A program made the position numbers and the translations under genes. From IMG/VR virus record IMGVR_UViG_2563366956_000009: a stretch of DNA of 40,993 nucleotides; one strand, written 5' to 3'. A model generated the notes under the pieces. It searched no databases, was not told the DNA's origin, and saw nothing but the letters and a program-made list of their open reading frames with translations. Numbering within the stretch: position 1 is the stretch's first letter; every line of letters starts with the position of its first letter. Positions 40,722 to 40,993 of this stretch are shown here, piece by piece. The stretch is from a virus. Its lineage: Duplodnaviria; Heunggongvirae; Uroviricota; Caudoviricetes.

Positions 40722-40993
40722 ATGAGTAAAGTCTTTATTTGCGCCGCTATTCCTGACGAACTGGCAACAAGGGAAGAAGGCGCTGTGGCTGTAGCCACAG
40801 CCATTGAAGCTGGCGACGAACGCCGTGCTCGAGCAAAATTTCACTGGCAATTCCTGGAACATTATCCGGCTGCTCAGGACTGCGCTTATAAATTTATTGT
40901 CTGCGAGGATAAACCTGGCATACCCCGCCCTGCCCTCGATTCATGGGATGCTGAATATATGCAGGAAAACCGCTGGGATGAGGAGTCTGCTTC
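40722..40993 (+). CDS. hypothetical protein (YdfE-like), 5' part, runs off window end
   Basis: MSKVFICAAIPDELATREEGAVAVATAIEAGDERRARAKFHWQFLEHYPAAQDCAYKFIVCEDKPGIPRPALDSWDAEYMQENRWDEES... with GAGG RBS. Confidence 0.5.
   Translation, partial: MSKVFICAAIPDELATREEGAVAVATAIEAGDERRARAKFHWQFLEHYPAAQDCAYKFIVCEDKPGIPRPALDSWDAEYMQENRWDEESA

Overview
This ~41 kb window is almost entirely one lambdoid prophage of an Escherichia-type genome, with nearly all phage operons on the minus strand. Everything below comes from reading the six-frame translations and the DNA by eye and by memory of reference proteins; no searches were run, and hand-derived coordinates for short features may be off by 1-2 nt. Read from high to low coordinate the phage order is: a DicA/DicC immunity switch with the dicB cell-division operon (ydfA-ydfB-ydfC-dicF-dicB-ydfD-ydfE) on the plus strand; a replication module with an O-like initiator carrying iterons; a decayed stretch with a truncated DNA methyltransferase and small ORFs; an rve-type DDE transposase; flxA behind a sigma28-type promoter; the relB-relE-hokD toxin-antitoxin operon; ydfU and a Q antiterminator; a convergent cspB/cspF pair; a phage-21-type lysis cassette (pinholin, SAR endolysin, Rz with embedded Rz1); a small cargo cluster next to cos; and then a lambda-like packaging, head and tail module from Nu1 through J, lom and a side tail fibre. 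The side tail fibre is a mosaic with an internal tandem repeat, and its downstream assembly gene is cut by an IS1 copy that runs off the window start. The early and late regions resemble the Qin/phage-21 family while the structural genes are lambda-like. I found no CRISPR array, no tRNA and no clear multi-gene defence system; the candidates for undescribed biology are small-ORF and regulatory features, all low-confidence.
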